From Oscillospiraceae bacterium (GTDB lineage: Bacteria > Bacillota > Clostridia > Oscillospirales > Ruminococcaceae): 64,000 nucleotides of DNA. Both the position numbers and the translations under genes were made by a program. The stretch covers positions 2,588 to 66,587 of the forward strand of contig CACXZI010000002.1 of the NCBI GenBank assembly GCA_902772105.1. Reading direction: 5' to 3'. Positions within the stretch are counted from its first letter, which is position 1, and each line of letters opens with the position of its first letter. Positions 36,478 through 47,278 of this stretch are shown piece by piece. Below the pieces are notes generated by a model that did not search any database, was not told the origin of the DNA, and was given only the letters and a program-made list of their open reading frames with translations.

Positions 36478-38352
36478 ATGGCAGATATTTGCCTTTTAAA
36501 AAAAAATGTTTTTGAATTAATAGCAGCAGGAGAAGTTGTTACTAGTCCTTTTTGTGTTGTTAAGGAGTTGGTTGAAAATTCTATTGATGCTAATTCAACT
36601 CATATTTTAGTTGAAATAAAAAATGGTGGGAAGAGTTTAATAAGAGTTGTTGATAATGGAATAGGAATTAAAAATAAACAATGTAAGTTAGCTTTTTTAA
36701 CTCATTCAACTAGCAAAATAAAAGATGAAGAAGATTTAAATAAAATTAAAACATTAGGCTTTAGGGGAGAAGCTCTTTCTTCAATTGCTGCCGTTTCTAA
36801 AGTTTTAATAACAACAAAAACTAAAAAAGAAAATTTAGGATGTAGATTTTTAATTGAAGGTTCTTTGGAAAAAGAATTCGATTTAGTAAATTGTTCGGAT
36901 GGAACAACAATTGAAGTTAGAGATATTTTTTTTAATGTTCCAGCAAGACTAAAGTTTTTAAAAAGTGATTCTAAAGAAGCAGGTAATATTCAAGATATAT
37001 TAGAAAAATTAGCACTATCTAACCCAAACATTTCGTTTGATTTTAAAAAAGATGGAAAAAAGATAATGCAAACATATAAAAGTTTAAATAAAAAAGATAT
37101 TCTATTTAATATTTATGGAAAAGAATTTTGTGATGGTTTAATTGATTTAAATTTAAACGAGGAAGATATTAAAATTGAGGGTTTTATAACAGATAAAGAA
37201 CATTGTAAATCATATAAAAGTGTGCAACATATTTTTGTTAATTCTAGATATGTTAAATCTAAAAATATAGCAAATGCTATTGAAGATGCTTATAGCGGCA
37301 TAATAGAAAAAGGAAAATATCCGTGTTTTATAATATACATAAATGTTCCTTTAAATCAGGTTGATGTTAATGTTCACCCTAATAAAACAGAAGTTAGGTT
37401 TTCAAAAGAAAAAGATATTTTAAATAAAATTTCTTTTGTAGTTAGAGAAGCTATTTTTAAGAAAATAAATAGTTTTTTAATAGAAAAAAATTTAGAAAAT
37501 ATTAGGCCTGCATATGAATTTGAAGAATCTTTTGAGTTTAAATCTTCATCGATAAATCCATATAAATCAAAAGACGATGATATTTTAAATGGTTTTAAAT
37601 ATCTTTCTACTGCTAAAATAAAAAAACAAAATGAAATAAAACCAAAAGAAACTAGAATAGAAAATTTAACATCTTTGCAAGAGGAAATGTTTAATTCTAT
37701 TGTTTTTGAAGAAGTTCAAGAAGAGAAAAAAGAAGTTGAAAAACAAGAAATAGTTGAAGAAAAAGAGTTAAAATTTAACACTTCAAAATTCAGAGTTATT
37801 GGGGAAATTTTTAAATTATATATATTAGCAGAATTTGAAGAAGATTTCATAATAATAGATAAACACGCAGCACACGAACGAATTATTTATGAAAAAATAA
37901 AACAAGAAAAAGAAAATTTAAAAAGGCAAATTTTAATATCCCCAATAAAAATTTTGTTAGGCTCTAGCGTTGATTGCGATTTAGTTTTGCAAAATAGAGA
38001 TATTTTTTTAAGGTTTGGTTTTTTAATTGATCATTTTGAAGGACACTATATTTTAATACGAGAAGTTCCTTTAATTTTAGCCAGTGAAGATTGCAGTGAA
38101 GTTTTTGAAGAGATGGTTTCTAATTTAAAAAACAAAAAAAAAGATTTAACTCCAGAAAAACTAGATTCTTTATATAGTTTAATATCTTGCAAAGCAGCAA
38201 TTAAAAAAAATCAGATTAATTCAAAAGAAGAGTTAAAAACGTTAGCAGAAAAGGTTTATTTTAACCCACAAATTCGAAATTGTCCACATTCAAGGCCAGT
38301 TATATTTATTTTTAAAAAAGAAAGGTTTGACAAAAAATTTGAAAGGAAGTAG
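36478..38352 (+). CDS. mutL: DNA mismatch repair protein MutL
   Basis: GHKL ATPase motifs (IAAGEVV, VKELVENSIDA, VVDNGIGI, LGFRGEAL) and a C-terminal endonuclease-domain DKHAAHERI. Confidence 0.95.
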   Translation: MADICLLKKNVFELIAAGEVVTSPFCVVKELVENSIDANSTHILVEIKNGGKSLIRVVDNGIGIKNKQCKLAFLTHSTSKIKDEEDLNKIKTLGFRGEALSSIAAVSKVLITTKTKKENLGCRFLIEGSLEKEFDLVNCSDGTTIEVRDIFFNVPARLKFLKSDSKEAGNIQDILEKLALSNPNISFDFKKDGKKIMQTYKSLNKKDILFNIYGKEFCDGLIDLNLNEEDIKIEGFITDKEHCKSYKSVQHIFVNSRYVKSKNIANAIEDAYSGIIEKGKYPCFIIYINVPLNQVDVNVHPNKTEVRFSKEKDILNKISFVVREAIFKKINSFLIEKNLENIRPAYEFEESFEFKSSSINPYKSKDDDILNGFKYLSTAKIKKQNEIKPKETRIENLTSLQEEMFNSIVFEEVQEEKKEVEKQEIVEEKELKFNTSKFRVIGEIFKLYILAEFEEDFIIIDKHAAHERIIYEKIKQEKENLKRQILISPIKILLGSSVDCDLVLQNRDIFLRFGFLIDHFEGHYILIREVPLILASEDCSEVFEEMVSNLKNKKKDLTPEKLDSLYSLISCKAAIKKNQINSKEELKTLAEKVYFNPQIRNCPHSRPVIFIFKKERFDKKFERK

Positions 38353-39280
38353 AAATAAAGTTTGCGTTATTTTAGGGCCAACAGCAACAAAAAAAAGCAA
38401 ATTAGCAGTTTGGCTTGCAGAAAAAATTAATGGAGAAATTGTTTCGGCAGATTCTATGCAAATTTATAAAGAAATGAATATTGCTACTGCTAAAATTGAA
38501 GAAAAAGAAAAGAAAAATATAAAACATTATATGTTAGATTTTTTAGAAATAGAAAAAGAATTTTCTGTTGCGCAATATGTTGAAATGGCAAAAAAAATAA
38601 TAGAAGAAATTTTAAAGAAAAATAAAAAACCAATAATAGTTGGAGGAACAGGGCTTTATATTGATTGCTTGCTTTTTGGAACAAATTTTAAAAGTGATGT
38701 TAAAAATTTAGAATTAAGAGAAGAATTAGAAGAAGAATTAAAAAATAACGGTGCTGACTTTATGTTTGAAAAACTAAAAAAAAAAGATCCAGAGTATGCA
38801 AAAAAAATACATAAAAACAACACTAAAAGAGTTTTAAGAGCAATTGAAATTTTAACCTTAACTAATAAATCAATTGAAGAATATATAAAAGAAAACAATG
38901 AAAAAGAAGAATCTTTTAATTCTTTAAAAATTGGCTTAAACTATAAAGACCGAAATATTCTATATAAAAATATAAATAATAGGGTTGATTTAATGATTGA
39001 AAAAGGACTTTTAGAAGAAGCAAAAAAAATCATTTCAAAAAATCCTTCTAAAACGGCAATGCAAGCAATTGGATATAAAGAACTGAAAAAATATTTTAAC
39101 AATGAAATAACGTTAGAAGAAGCAATTTTTAAGATAAAACAAAATAGCACAAGATATGCAAAAAGACAGCTTACATGGTTTAGAAGAGATAAAAAAGTGC
39201 ATTGGTTTTTTTGGGATGAAAAAGAAGATTTTTTAATAAAAGATGAAATTTTAAATCTTGCAAAAAACTTTTTTAAATAA
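38327..39280 (+). CDS. miaA: tRNA dimethylallyltransferase
   Basis: ILGPTATKKSKLA P-loop, SADSMQIYKEMNIATAK, GGTGLY, and RYAKRQLTWFR. The TTG start overlaps the mutL end, so the start is uncertain. Confidence 0.85.
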   Translation: MTKNLKGSRNKVCVILGPTATKKSKLAVWLAEKINGEIVSADSMQIYKEMNIATAKIEEKEKKNIKHYMLDFLEIEKEFSVAQYVEMAKKIIEEILKKNKKPIIVGGTGLYIDCLLFGTNFKSDVKNLELREELEEELKNNGADFMFEKLKKKDPEYAKKIHKNNTKRVLRAIEILTLTNKSIEEYIKENNEKEESFNSLKIGLNYKDRNILYKNINNRVDLMIEKGLLEEAKKIISKNPSKTAMQAIGYKELKKYFNNEITLEEAIFKIKQNSTRYAKRQLTWFRRDKKVHWFFWDEKEDFLIKDEILNLAKNFFK

Positions 39281-39297
39281 AATGAAAGAGGTTTGTT

Positions 39298-40527
39298 GTG
39301 AAATCTTTAATTTTAAGGATATTAATAATTTTTTTGGTTGTTATTGTTTTAATTTCTATAGTTTTTCAAATATATTTAAAATTTACTAATGACTATGAAA
39401 CATACATAATAAATATTTCAAAAATAGAAAGAAAATGTGATGCAAACGGAATAATATTTAAAGATGAAGTTGTTTTAGATTTTGGAAATGAAACAATAAT
39501 TAAGAATCTACATAAAGATGGAACAAGAGTTGGAAAAGATTCAAAAATAGCACAAACATATAAAACAAAGGAAGATGCTTTAAAATATGAACAAATTTCA
39601 ATTTTAGAAGATGAATTAGAAGATTTAGAAAAATCTAGAGATGACAAATTAATGAAAAATTTAGATTTTGTTGGATTAGATAGACAAATAAGCACTGCCT
39701 ATGATAGATTATTAGAAGATATAAACGAAAGGAAAATTTCAAACATAAATGAAGATAAACGAAAGTTAATGTCTTATTTAAACACAAAGGATGTTATAGT
39801 TAACAAAAAAACAGACTTTGAAAAATCTATTTCACAAATTTCTAATGAAATTAAAAATATAGAAAAAACTATGAATATGCCAAAAAAAATAATTTCTAAA
39901 CATTCAGGTTATTTTGTTGGAAGCACAGATGGATTTGAAGAAATTTGTTCTATTGATTCTGTAGATGATTCAAATCTTGAAGAATTCAGAGAATTTAGCA
40001 AAAAAATATCTAATAAAAAACAAACCGATCAAAAAAAAGTTAAAATAATAACAAGCCCTAAAATTTTATTTAAAGCAATTGTTCCAACTAAAAAGATAGT
40101 TAACAAAAACATAAATAGAAAATTTAGAATTAAATTTAAAGAAACAGGACAGGAAGTTGAAGGATATTTACAAGATTTAATTTTAAAATATGATCAGAAA
40201 TATGGTATTGCAATTTTTGAAATATATGATATGACAGAAAAACTAGCAAGTCTTAGAAAAAGTGATGCTGAAATTATTTTTGAAGAATTATATGGTTTTA
40301 AAATTCCAAAAGAAGCTGTTAAAGTTAATGAAAAAAATGAAACTGGAGTTTATGTTTTAGACTTAGCAAAGATGAAATTTAAAAATATTGATATTGTTTT
40401 TGAAGATGAACACTTTGTTATTTGTTCAAAAGATCCAAAAGACATATCTTTAAGTTCTAAATATATAAAAAATTTTGATAGAGTTATATTGAAAGGAAAA
40501 AATCTTTATGACAACAAAAGAATTTGA
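39298..40527 (+). CDS. Membrane-anchored coiled-coil protein, HlyD/membrane-fusion-like (function uncertain)
   Basis: GTG start after an AGAGG RBS. Has an N-terminal TM helix, a central coiled-coil and a beta-rich C-terminus. The assignment is by architecture only. Confidence 0.4.
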   Translation: MKSLILRILIIFLVVIVLISIVFQIYLKFTNDYETYIINISKIERKCDANGIIFKDEVVLDFGNETIIKNLHKDGTRVGKDSKIAQTYKTKEDALKYEQISILEDELEDLEKSRDDKLMKNLDFVGLDRQISTAYDRLLEDINERKISNINEDKRKLMSYLNTKDVIVNKKTDFEKSISQISNEIKNIEKTMNMPKKIISKHSGYFVGSTDGFEEICSIDSVDDSNLEEFREFSKKISNKKQTDQKKVKIITSPKILFKAIVPTKKIVNKNINRKFRIKFKETGQEVEGYLQDLILKYDQKYGIAIFEIYDMTEKLASLRKSDAEIIFEELYGFKIPKEAVKVNEKNETGVYVLDLAKMKFKNIDIVFEDEHFVICSKDPKDISLSSKYIKNFDRVILKGKNLYDNKRI

Positions 40528-41209
40528 AAAAGAAAAAAAAATAATAGAAAATATAAAAATAATAAAAGAAAAAATTAAAAATGCTGCCAAAAAAGCAAAC
40601 AGAAATTTTGAAGAAATTAAATTAATGGCAGTTACTAAAACTGTTAGTCCAAAATATGTTAATGTGGCAATTGAAAACGGTGTGAATTTATTAGGTGAAA
40701 ACAAAGCACAAGAACTAAAAGAAAAGTATGAACACTATCTAAAAAAAGATGTTGAAATACATTTTATTGGGCATTTGCAAACTAATAAAGTTAAAGATGT
40801 TGTTAAATTAGTAAATTGCATTGAATCTGTCGATAGTTTAAAATTATTAGAAACAATTTCTAAGTTTTCTGCAAAAGAAAATAAAATAATGAATGTTCTT
40901 TTAGAAATAAATATAGGGGAAGAAGAAACTAAATTTGGATTTAAACCAAGCGAAATATTAGAAAAAATTGATTTTATTTCAAAAATACCTAATGTAAAAG
41001 TTAAAGGATTAATGTCTATTCCACCTAGGAAAAATGTAAAAGATTATTTTGAACAAATGAGAGCAATTTATATTGACATTTCGAATAAAAAAATAGATAA
41101 TGTAGATATGGATTTTTTATCTATGGGTACTAGTGATGATTTTATAAAAGCGATAGAATATGGTGCGAATATAGTAAGAATTGGGAGATTTTTATTTGGT
41201 GAAAGATAA
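40508..41209 (+). CDS. yggS: YggS/YlmE-family pyridoxal-phosphate homeostasis protein
   Basis: LMAVTKT (PLP lysine), HFIGHLQTNK, LSMGTSDD, and RIGRFLFG. Confidence 0.9.
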   Translation: MTTKEFEKEKKIIENIKIIKEKIKNAAKKANRNFEEIKLMAVTKTVSPKYVNVAIENGVNLLGENKAQELKEKYEHYLKKDVEIHFIGHLQTNKVKDVVKLVNCIESVDSLKLLETISKFSAKENKIMNVLLEINIGEEETKFGFKPSEILEKIDFISKIPNVKVKGLMSIPPRKNVKDYFEQMRAIYIDISNKKIDNVDMDFLSMGTSDDFIKAIEYGANIVRIGRFLFGER

Positions 41210-41237
41210 AATATTAAAAAAATTAGGGGGATTTAAA

Positions 41238-41654
41238 ATGGGTTTTTTGGATAAAATCAAAAATATGGTTGGAGCATCTGAAGATTTTGATGAAGATTTT
41301 GAAGAGGAAGTTATACAAAAAAATGAAGATACATCAAATAGTAATGGCAGAGTAGTTAACATAAAAGCACAAGCGAGAGTTAGAGTAGTTATTGTTAAAC
41401 CAGAGCGTTTTCAAGATTCTAGTTCAATTGTTGATTATTTAAAAGACAATAAAACTGTTGTTTTAAATTTAGAATCAACAGATAAAGAAGCTTCACGTAG
41501 AATTATTGATTTTTCTAGTGGTGCTGCATATGCAAATAATGGGCAAATAAAATGTATTGCAAATAGAACATTTATAATAACTCCATATAATGTGGATGTC
41601 GTTGGAGAGGATGTTATAGATGAATTAGAGAACAATGGAGTATTTTTTAAATAA
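41238..41654 (+). CDS. sepF: Cell division protein SepF
   Basis: AGGGGG RBS 7 nt before the ATG at 41238 (MGFLDKIKNMVG...). Conserved VVIVKPERFQDSSSIVDYLKDNKTVVLNLE. The listed start at 41181 is an upstream extension. Confidence 0.85.
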   Translation: MGFLDKIKNMVGASEDFDEDFEEEVIQKNEDTSNSNGRVVNIKAQARVRVVIVKPERFQDSSSIVDYLKDNKTVVLNLESTDKEASRRIIDFSSGAAYANNGQIKCIANRTFIITPYNVDVVGEDVIDELENNGVFFK

Positions 41655-41682
41655 TAAAACTTATTAATTCGGAGGTTATAAA

Positions 41683-42384
41683 ATGAAAGGATCAGAAATA
41701 CAAAATCTCGTGTTTAGTTTTGGATTTTTTGGATATAAAAAATCTGATGTTAAAGCTTTTTTACGGGAAATCTCAGAATATGTTTTAAAACTTGAAAACA
41801 AAGTATATAAACTAGAAGTTGAAAGAGATAAGTTGCAAAATAAGTGTAATAAAATAGAAATAGATGAAGGTAAATTCGCAGAAATAATGAATACAGCTCA
41901 TGATTTTAAAGGAAGGATTGAAAATGAAGCTAAAAAAAAGGCAGAAGAAATAATAAATAATGCAAAAATAACATATGAAGAAGTTGTTAAGGCAACAAAA
42001 AATGAAAAATTGAAATTAACAGTTATTAAAAGAGAAGTGAATATGTTAAGAAAAACAATTTTAGAAAAGTTAGATAGTTTTGTTAGTATGATTGAGATGA
42101 AAGAAAAAAATATGGCTTCTCAAGAAGAACCAAAACATTTTAATTTTGAAGTTAATATTTCTTCAAACAAAAACGAAAAAGAAGATAAGTTTGATTTAAA
42201 TAAATTGGTGATGGATTCTAGGGAATCTATAGAAAAAAATGAAGGAGAAACTTTAGAATTTAATACAAATAAAAATATTTATAATGATAATGATGATTTA
42301 AATCCAAAAAAAATAGATTTAGATAAACTAAATCCGGATAAAGACTATATTAAAAATAAATTTAGAGAAATAGATTTAAGATAA
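41683..42384 (+). CDS. divIVA: DivIVA-domain protein
   Basis: The N-terminus I....F....GYKKSDVKAFLREI matches the DivIVA lipid-binding domain, followed by a coiled-coil. Confidence 0.75.
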   Translation: MKGSEIQNLVFSFGFFGYKKSDVKAFLREISEYVLKLENKVYKLEVERDKLQNKCNKIEIDEGKFAEIMNTAHDFKGRIENEAKKKAEEIINNAKITYEEVVKATKNEKLKLTVIKREVNMLRKTILEKLDSFVSMIEMKEKNMASQEEPKHFNFEVNISSNKNEKEDKFDLNKLVMDSRESIEKNEGETLEFNTNKNIYNDNDDLNPKKIDLDKLNPDKDYIKNKFREIDLR

Positions 42385-42403
42385 TATTAAGGAGTTTTTA
42401 AAG

Positions 42404-45190
42404 ATGTGTAAAAATTATGATGAAGGGCTAAACCTTCCAAAGACGAAATTTCCTATGAGAGGAAATCTTCCTAATAAAGAACCAGAACTTTTTAAAAGTT
42501 TAGAAGAAAATAAAATATATGAAAAATTAATGGAAAAGAATAAAGATAAAGAGCTTTATATTTTACATGACGGGCCTCCATATGCTAATGGAGACATTCA
42601 CCTTGGAACTGCTTTAAATAAAATTTTAAAAGATTTTATAATAAGACAAAAAAATATGTGTGGATTTAAAGCACCATTTGTTCCAGGATGGGATACACAT
42701 GGTTTGCCAATTGAATTAAAAGCTTTAAAAGCAGCGGGAAAAGATAAAGACAAATTAACTGCAATTGAGCTTAGAAATATGTGTAAAGAATATGCTTTAA
42801 AATATGTTGGAATACAAAGGGAACAGTTTAAAAATTTAGGGGTTATTGGAGATTTTTCTAATCCATATTTAACATTTAACAAAGAATTTGAAGCAAAACA
42901 AATTGAAGTTTTTGGTGAAATGTTAAAAAAAGGTTATATATATAAAGGACTAAAACCGGTTTATTGTTGTTCTAAATGTAAAACAGCCTTAGCAGAATCT
43001 GAAATAGAATATGAAAACGACCCATGTTGTTCAATTTACGTTAGTTTTAAAGTTGAAAAAGATAATGGTTTTTTTGAAAAAATAGGCTTAGATAAAAATA
43101 ACGTATTTTTTGTTATATGGACAACAACAGCTTGGACTATGCCTGCTAATGTTGCAATTTGTCTTTCTAAAAAATTTGAGTATGCAATAGTTAAAGCAAA
43201 TGGTAAATATTATATTATGGCAAAAGATTTAATTGAAAATTGTATGCAAGAAGCTGAAATTGAAAATTACGAAATTTTTAAAACTTTCACTGGAGAAGTT
43301 TTTGAAAATATGACAGCAATGCACCCATTTATAGATAGAGAATCTTTAATAATTTTAGGAGATCATGTTACTTTAGAAAGTGGAACAGGATGTGTTCACA
43401 CAGCTCCAGGGCACGGGGTTGAAGACTTTGAAGTTTGCAAAAAATATAAACAAATACCAATAAAAGTTGTAATAGATGATGAAGGAAAAATGAACGAAGA
43501 AGCTTTTGAGTTTAATGGTTTAAAGGTTGATGAAGCTAATATTAAAATTGTTGAAAAGCTAAAAGAAGTAGACAGACTTTTTGCAATGAAAAACATAAAG
43601 CACAAATATCCACATTGTTGGAGATGTAAAGAACCTATTTTGTTTAGGGCAACAATGCAGTGGTTTTGTTCTGTTAATGATTTTAAAGAAACTGCTTTAA
43701 AAGAAGTTGAAAATGTTAAATGGATTCCAGCTTGGGGAGAGAATAGAATAACAAATATGATAAAAGATAGAAGCGATTGGTGTATTTCTCGTCAACGTGT
43801 TTGGGGGGTTCCAATTCCTATTTTATATTGTAAAGATTGTAAAAAATATATTGTAGATAGTGCTTTGATGGAAAAAATAACCGAGATGTTTAGACTATAT
43901 GGGTCAGATTGTTGGTTTGAAAAAGGTGTTGAAGAATTTTTGCCAGAAAACTTTAGTTGTGGTCATTGTGGTGGAAAAAATTTTGAAAAAGAAACAGATA
44001 TAATGGATGTTTGGTTTGATAGTGGATGTAGTCATGTTGCCGTTTTAGAAACTAACGAAAATTTAAGGTGGCCAGCGGATTTATATTTAGAAGGAGCAGA
44101 TCAATATAGAGGTTGGTTTCAATCTTCTTTGTTAACATCTGTTGCATATAAAGGAAAATCTCCATATAAAAGTGTTTGTACACATGGTTGGGTTGTTGAT
44201 GGAGAAGGAAGAAAGATGTCTAAATCTTTAGCAAATGGAGTTAAACCAGAAAAGATCCTTTCAAAATATGGAGCAGACATTTTAAGGCTTTGGGTTGCTT
44301 CGTCAGATTATCATAGTGATATTAGAATATCTGAAGACATTTTAAAACAATTAACCGAAAGTTATAGAAAAATTAGAAATACCGCAAGATTTATTTTAGG
44401 AAATCTTTGCGACTTTAACCCAGATTCAGATATGCTAGAAATAAAAGATTTAGAAGAAATTGATATTTTTGCAATAACTAAATTAAATGAACTAATTAAA
44501 ACTGTTAAAAATGCTTATGATGAATTTAAATTTTTCAACATATTTCATAATTTGCATAATTTTTGTGTAGTTCATATGTCTAATTTTTATCTTGATATAA
44601 TAAAAGATAGATTATATTGTGAAAAAGCAAATGGAAAAACTAGAAGGGCAGCTCAAACCACAATGTATATTATTTTGGACGCATTAACTAGAATGATTGC
44701 GCCAATTTTGGCATATACAAGTGAAGAAATTTGGAGCTATTTGCCACATAAAAAAACAGATGTTGAAGAATCTATTTTGTTTAACGAAATGTATGATGAA
44801 ATAGATGTTAAAAAAGATAAAGAGTTCATCGAAAAATGGAATAAAATTTTAAAGGTTAGGGAATTCGTTCAAAAAGCTTTGGAAGAAAAAAGAAGAGATA
44901 AACATATTGGGTCTTCACTAGAAGCAAAAGTTTTAATATATTGTGAAGATGAAATGTTTAATTTTTTAGATTCTTTAAAAGATATTTTAAAAACAATTTT
45001 TATTGTATCTAAGGTTGAAGTGTTAAAAGGAACCGATGGAGAATATAAATTTGAAGAATATAAAATTGGAGTAGATATAAAAAAACCTGATGGAGAAAAA
45101 TGTGAAAGATGTTGGAGTTATTGTGAAACTGTTGGAAAAAATCAAACACATAAAACCTTATGTGAAAGATGTTGTGAAGTTTTAAATTAA
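42404..45190 (+). CDS. ileS: Isoleucine--tRNA ligase
   Basis: 928 aa. PYANGDIHLGTAL (HIGH), KMSKSLANG (KMSKS), a CP1 editing domain, and a C-terminal zinc motif CERCW...CERC. Confidence 0.95.
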   Translation: MCKNYDEGLNLPKTKFPMRGNLPNKEPELFKSLEENKIYEKLMEKNKDKELYILHDGPPYANGDIHLGTALNKILKDFIIRQKNMCGFKAPFVPGWDTHGLPIELKALKAAGKDKDKLTAIELRNMCKEYALKYVGIQREQFKNLGVIGDFSNPYLTFNKEFEAKQIEVFGEMLKKGYIYKGLKPVYCCSKCKTALAESEIEYENDPCCSIYVSFKVEKDNGFFEKIGLDKNNVFFVIWTTTAWTMPANVAICLSKKFEYAIVKANGKYYIMAKDLIENCMQEAEIENYEIFKTFTGEVFENMTAMHPFIDRESLIILGDHVTLESGTGCVHTAPGHGVEDFEVCKKYKQIPIKVVIDDEGKMNEEAFEFNGLKVDEANIKIVEKLKEVDRLFAMKNIKHKYPHCWRCKEPILFRATMQWFCSVNDFKETALKEVENVKWIPAWGENRITNMIKDRSDWCISRQRVWGVPIPILYCKDCKKYIVDSALMEKITEMFRLYGSDCWFEKGVEEFLPENFSCGHCGGKNFEKETDIMDVWFDSGCSHVAVLETNENLRWPADLYLEGADQYRGWFQSSLLTSVAYKGKSPYKSVCTHGWVVDGEGRKMSKSLANGVKPEKILSKYGADILRLWVASSDYHSDIRISEDILKQLTESYRKIRNTARFILGNLCDFNPDSDMLEIKDLEEIDIFAITKLNELIKTVKNAYDEFKFFNIFHNLHNFCVVHMSNFYLDIIKDRLYCEKANGKTRRAAQTTMYIILDALTRMIAPILAYTSEEIWSYLPHKKTDVEESILFNEMYDEIDVKKDKEFIEKWNKILKVREFVQKALEEKRRDKHIGSSLEAKVLIYCEDEMFNFLDSLKDILKTIFIVSKVEVLKGTDGEYKFEEYKIGVDIKKPDGEKCERCWSYCETVGKNQTHKTLCERCCEVLN

Positions 45191-45219
45191 AAACTATTTT
45201 AAAAGTTGGTGTTATAACA

Positions 45220-45771
45220 TTGTTAGGTGGCAACTCAAAAATATTTAAATTTAAAAAAAATTTAAAAAAATATAAATTTTTAATTTATTCATTATTTTTA
45301 TGTATTGGTTTAATTTTTATAGATCAATACATAAAAAATTGGATTATTAAAAACATAAATTTTAAAGGTGGGTTTATTTTAATACCAAAGTTTCTTAGAA
45401 TTACATATGTTAAAAATTATGGTGCTGCATTTAGTATATTTTTTAAAAAGACTAATTTTTTAATATTTTTCACAATTTTAGTTATATCATTTTTTGTTAT
45501 ATATATGATAAAAAACAAACCAAAAGATAAAATATATATATTTGGAGTAACTTTAATTTCTGCTGGAGGGATTGGAAATTTAATAGATAGAGCATATAAA
45601 GGTTATGTTGTTGACTACATAGATTTAATTTTTGGAATATTTTATAATTTCCCAATTTTCAACTTTGCAGACTGTTTAATTGTTGTTGGAAGTTTCATAA
45701 TTTTATTTAAATTTATAAAAAAAGAATTTTTTGTTAATGAATATAGAACTGCAAAAAAAGTTAGATTTTAA
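45220..45771 (+). CDS. lspA: Lipoprotein signal peptidase II
   Basis: Four TM helices, NYGAAFS, GGIGNLIDR, and FNFADCLIVVG motifs. The TTG start is uncertain. Confidence 0.85.
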   Translation: MLGGNSKIFKFKKNLKKYKFLIYSLFLCIGLIFIDQYIKNWIIKNINFKGGFILIPKFLRITYVKNYGAAFSIFFKKTNFLIFFTILVISFFVIYMIKNKPKDKIYIFGVTLISAGGIGNLIDRAYKGYVVDYIDLIFGIFYNFPIFNFADCLIVVGSFIILFKFIKKEFFVNEYRTAKKVRF

Positions 45772-45867
45772 ATATTAGTTTTTTTATAATAATTATTTAA
45801 ATAAAAAATAAAATTTAATTATGTTTTTTGCTTATATGTATTAAAAGCACAGAATTGAAAATTTAAT

Positions 45868-45900
45868 ATAAAAAAACTTCATCATAAAATATGATGAAGT
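45868..45900 (-). terminator. Rho-independent terminator of the reverse-strand orphan gene
   Basis: Perfect 10-bp stem acttcatcat / atgatgaagt with a 5-nt loop. The T-run is present only on the minus strand (TTTTTT). Confidence 0.65.
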
Positions 45901-45927
45901 ATTAAAAATAAGTTTGTTTTATATTTT

Positions 45928-46653
45928 TTATTCAGTTTTAAAATAATTATTATGAGCAGCGTAATTAGCTTTTTCAATGCATATTGACATTTCTTGAAAA
46001 AGAATTTCTAATTTAGCGAAATCTTCGCCCTTAAATTTAGGAAAAAAACCAGGACCACAATATGTAAAGTTTGCATCAACAATCATTTCCAATTTTTTCC
46101 CTTCGTTTAAAATTTCGCGTATAAAACTAATCAAAATTAAAGGCAATTTTTTTCCATTTGTATTGTTTTTATTCATAAGTTTCCGGTGAATATAATAAGT
46201 AAGCATATAAAGTGCTTCTGCACGTGATAACATTCTTTTTTGCATATCGTAATCAACATAACTTGAGTATTCTTTTTTAAATTCTGAATAGTCTTCTTTT
46301 AAAATTTTAATCAAATTATTTATTTGTTTATTAATCACATCATATGAAAAAAATCCATTAATTTTTTTTGTAAGGTCTAAAAATGCATAAAATGAACTGT
46401 CGAACATATCTTTTGTTGGATTATAATATTTCTTAGTATCTATCCAAGTGCCTGTTTGTGGATCTATGATTATATCTCCCTCGATTTTAATTTTTTCCTT
46501 GTCCAAATTTCTAATTTCTATAATATAATTTTTCGCTTGCTCTAAAATTTCTTCATCCGTTTCCACTCTTACTTCTTGATTTTGATTTTCGGTATTTATT
46601 TCTATTGTTGGTTGATTTATATTCACATCTTGTACATTAAAATTATTAAACAT
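45928..46653 (-). CDS. Hypothetical cytoplasmic protein (orphan, no recognisable domain)
   Basis: GGAGG RBS 9 nt before the second ATG (46653); it abuts the listed ATG at 46662. No signal peptide or TM segment, and no motif I recognise. Confidence 0.65.
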   Translation of the reverse strand: MFNNFNVQDVNINQPTIEINTENQNQEVRVETDEEILEQAKNYIIEIRNLDKEKIKIEGDIIIDPQTGTWIDTKKYYNPTKDMFDSSFYAFLDLTKKINGFFSYDVINKQINNLIKILKEDYSEFKKEYSSYVDYDMQKRMLSRAEALYMLTYYIHRKLMNKNNTNGKKLPLILISFIREILNEGKKLEMIVDANFTYCGPGFFPKFKGEDFAKLEILFQEMSICIEKANYAAHNNYFKTE

Positions 46654-47249
46654 TATTTTCATCCTCCGTCAATTTATTATTCTATATATTTTATTATATG
46701 TATAAAAATGTCGGATATCAAGTTATTTTAGAATATTTTAAGAGTATTGTATATTCAAAGACATTAAAAAAATAGACGAAAAAACTTTAGGTTTAATAGT
46801 TTTAAAATTGATAAAGCTAACATTAAAAATTAAGAAATATTAAGCAAAATATATATTATTGAAAATATAAAAAGTAATGATCTTTAATAAAATCACATTG
46901 ATTAATATATAAAAAAATTGGTTTTTTAGATTCCTTTAAAAATAAACTAATTCAACTATCCACAAAAATAACGCTATTTTTTATGTTAATTACAAATTAT
47001 AACACTAGCAATATTTATATATTCTTTTATTTTTATTGTTACTTTCATAAAGTTTCTGCTATTCAAATATGTTATTAAAAAAACTTCATTACACGTAACA
47101 CCTTTAAAATCATCCACATTGAAAGTTTTTTCATATTATTTCATTAACAAATATATAGTGATGAATGATAGAAAATTTAACAATAATTAAATTAATTTTT
47201 TTAAAATAGAAAAGTTATTTAGATATCTTTATTTTTAAAAAATAAAATT

Positions 47250-47278
47250 TTGCTAAAATATTTTTAATATGTTATAAT
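47250..47278 (+). promoter_or_regulatory. Sigma-A-type promoter of rluD
   Basis: TTGCTA, 17 nt, TATAAT, 29 nt upstream of the ATG. Confidence 0.45.

Noticed and set aside
42385-42403. Expected T-box leader upstream of ileS
   Set aside because: Only 19 nt separate divIVA from ileS, so there is no room for a ~200-nt T-box. ileS is apparently co-transcribed with the division genes.
46950-47150. Two 19-aa minus-strand mini-ORFs (MKKLSMWMILKVLRVMKFF and MKVTIKIKEYINIASVIICN) in the lspA-rluD spacer
   Set aside because: Neither has a recognisable RBS or promoter, and ORFs of this size are expected by chance.
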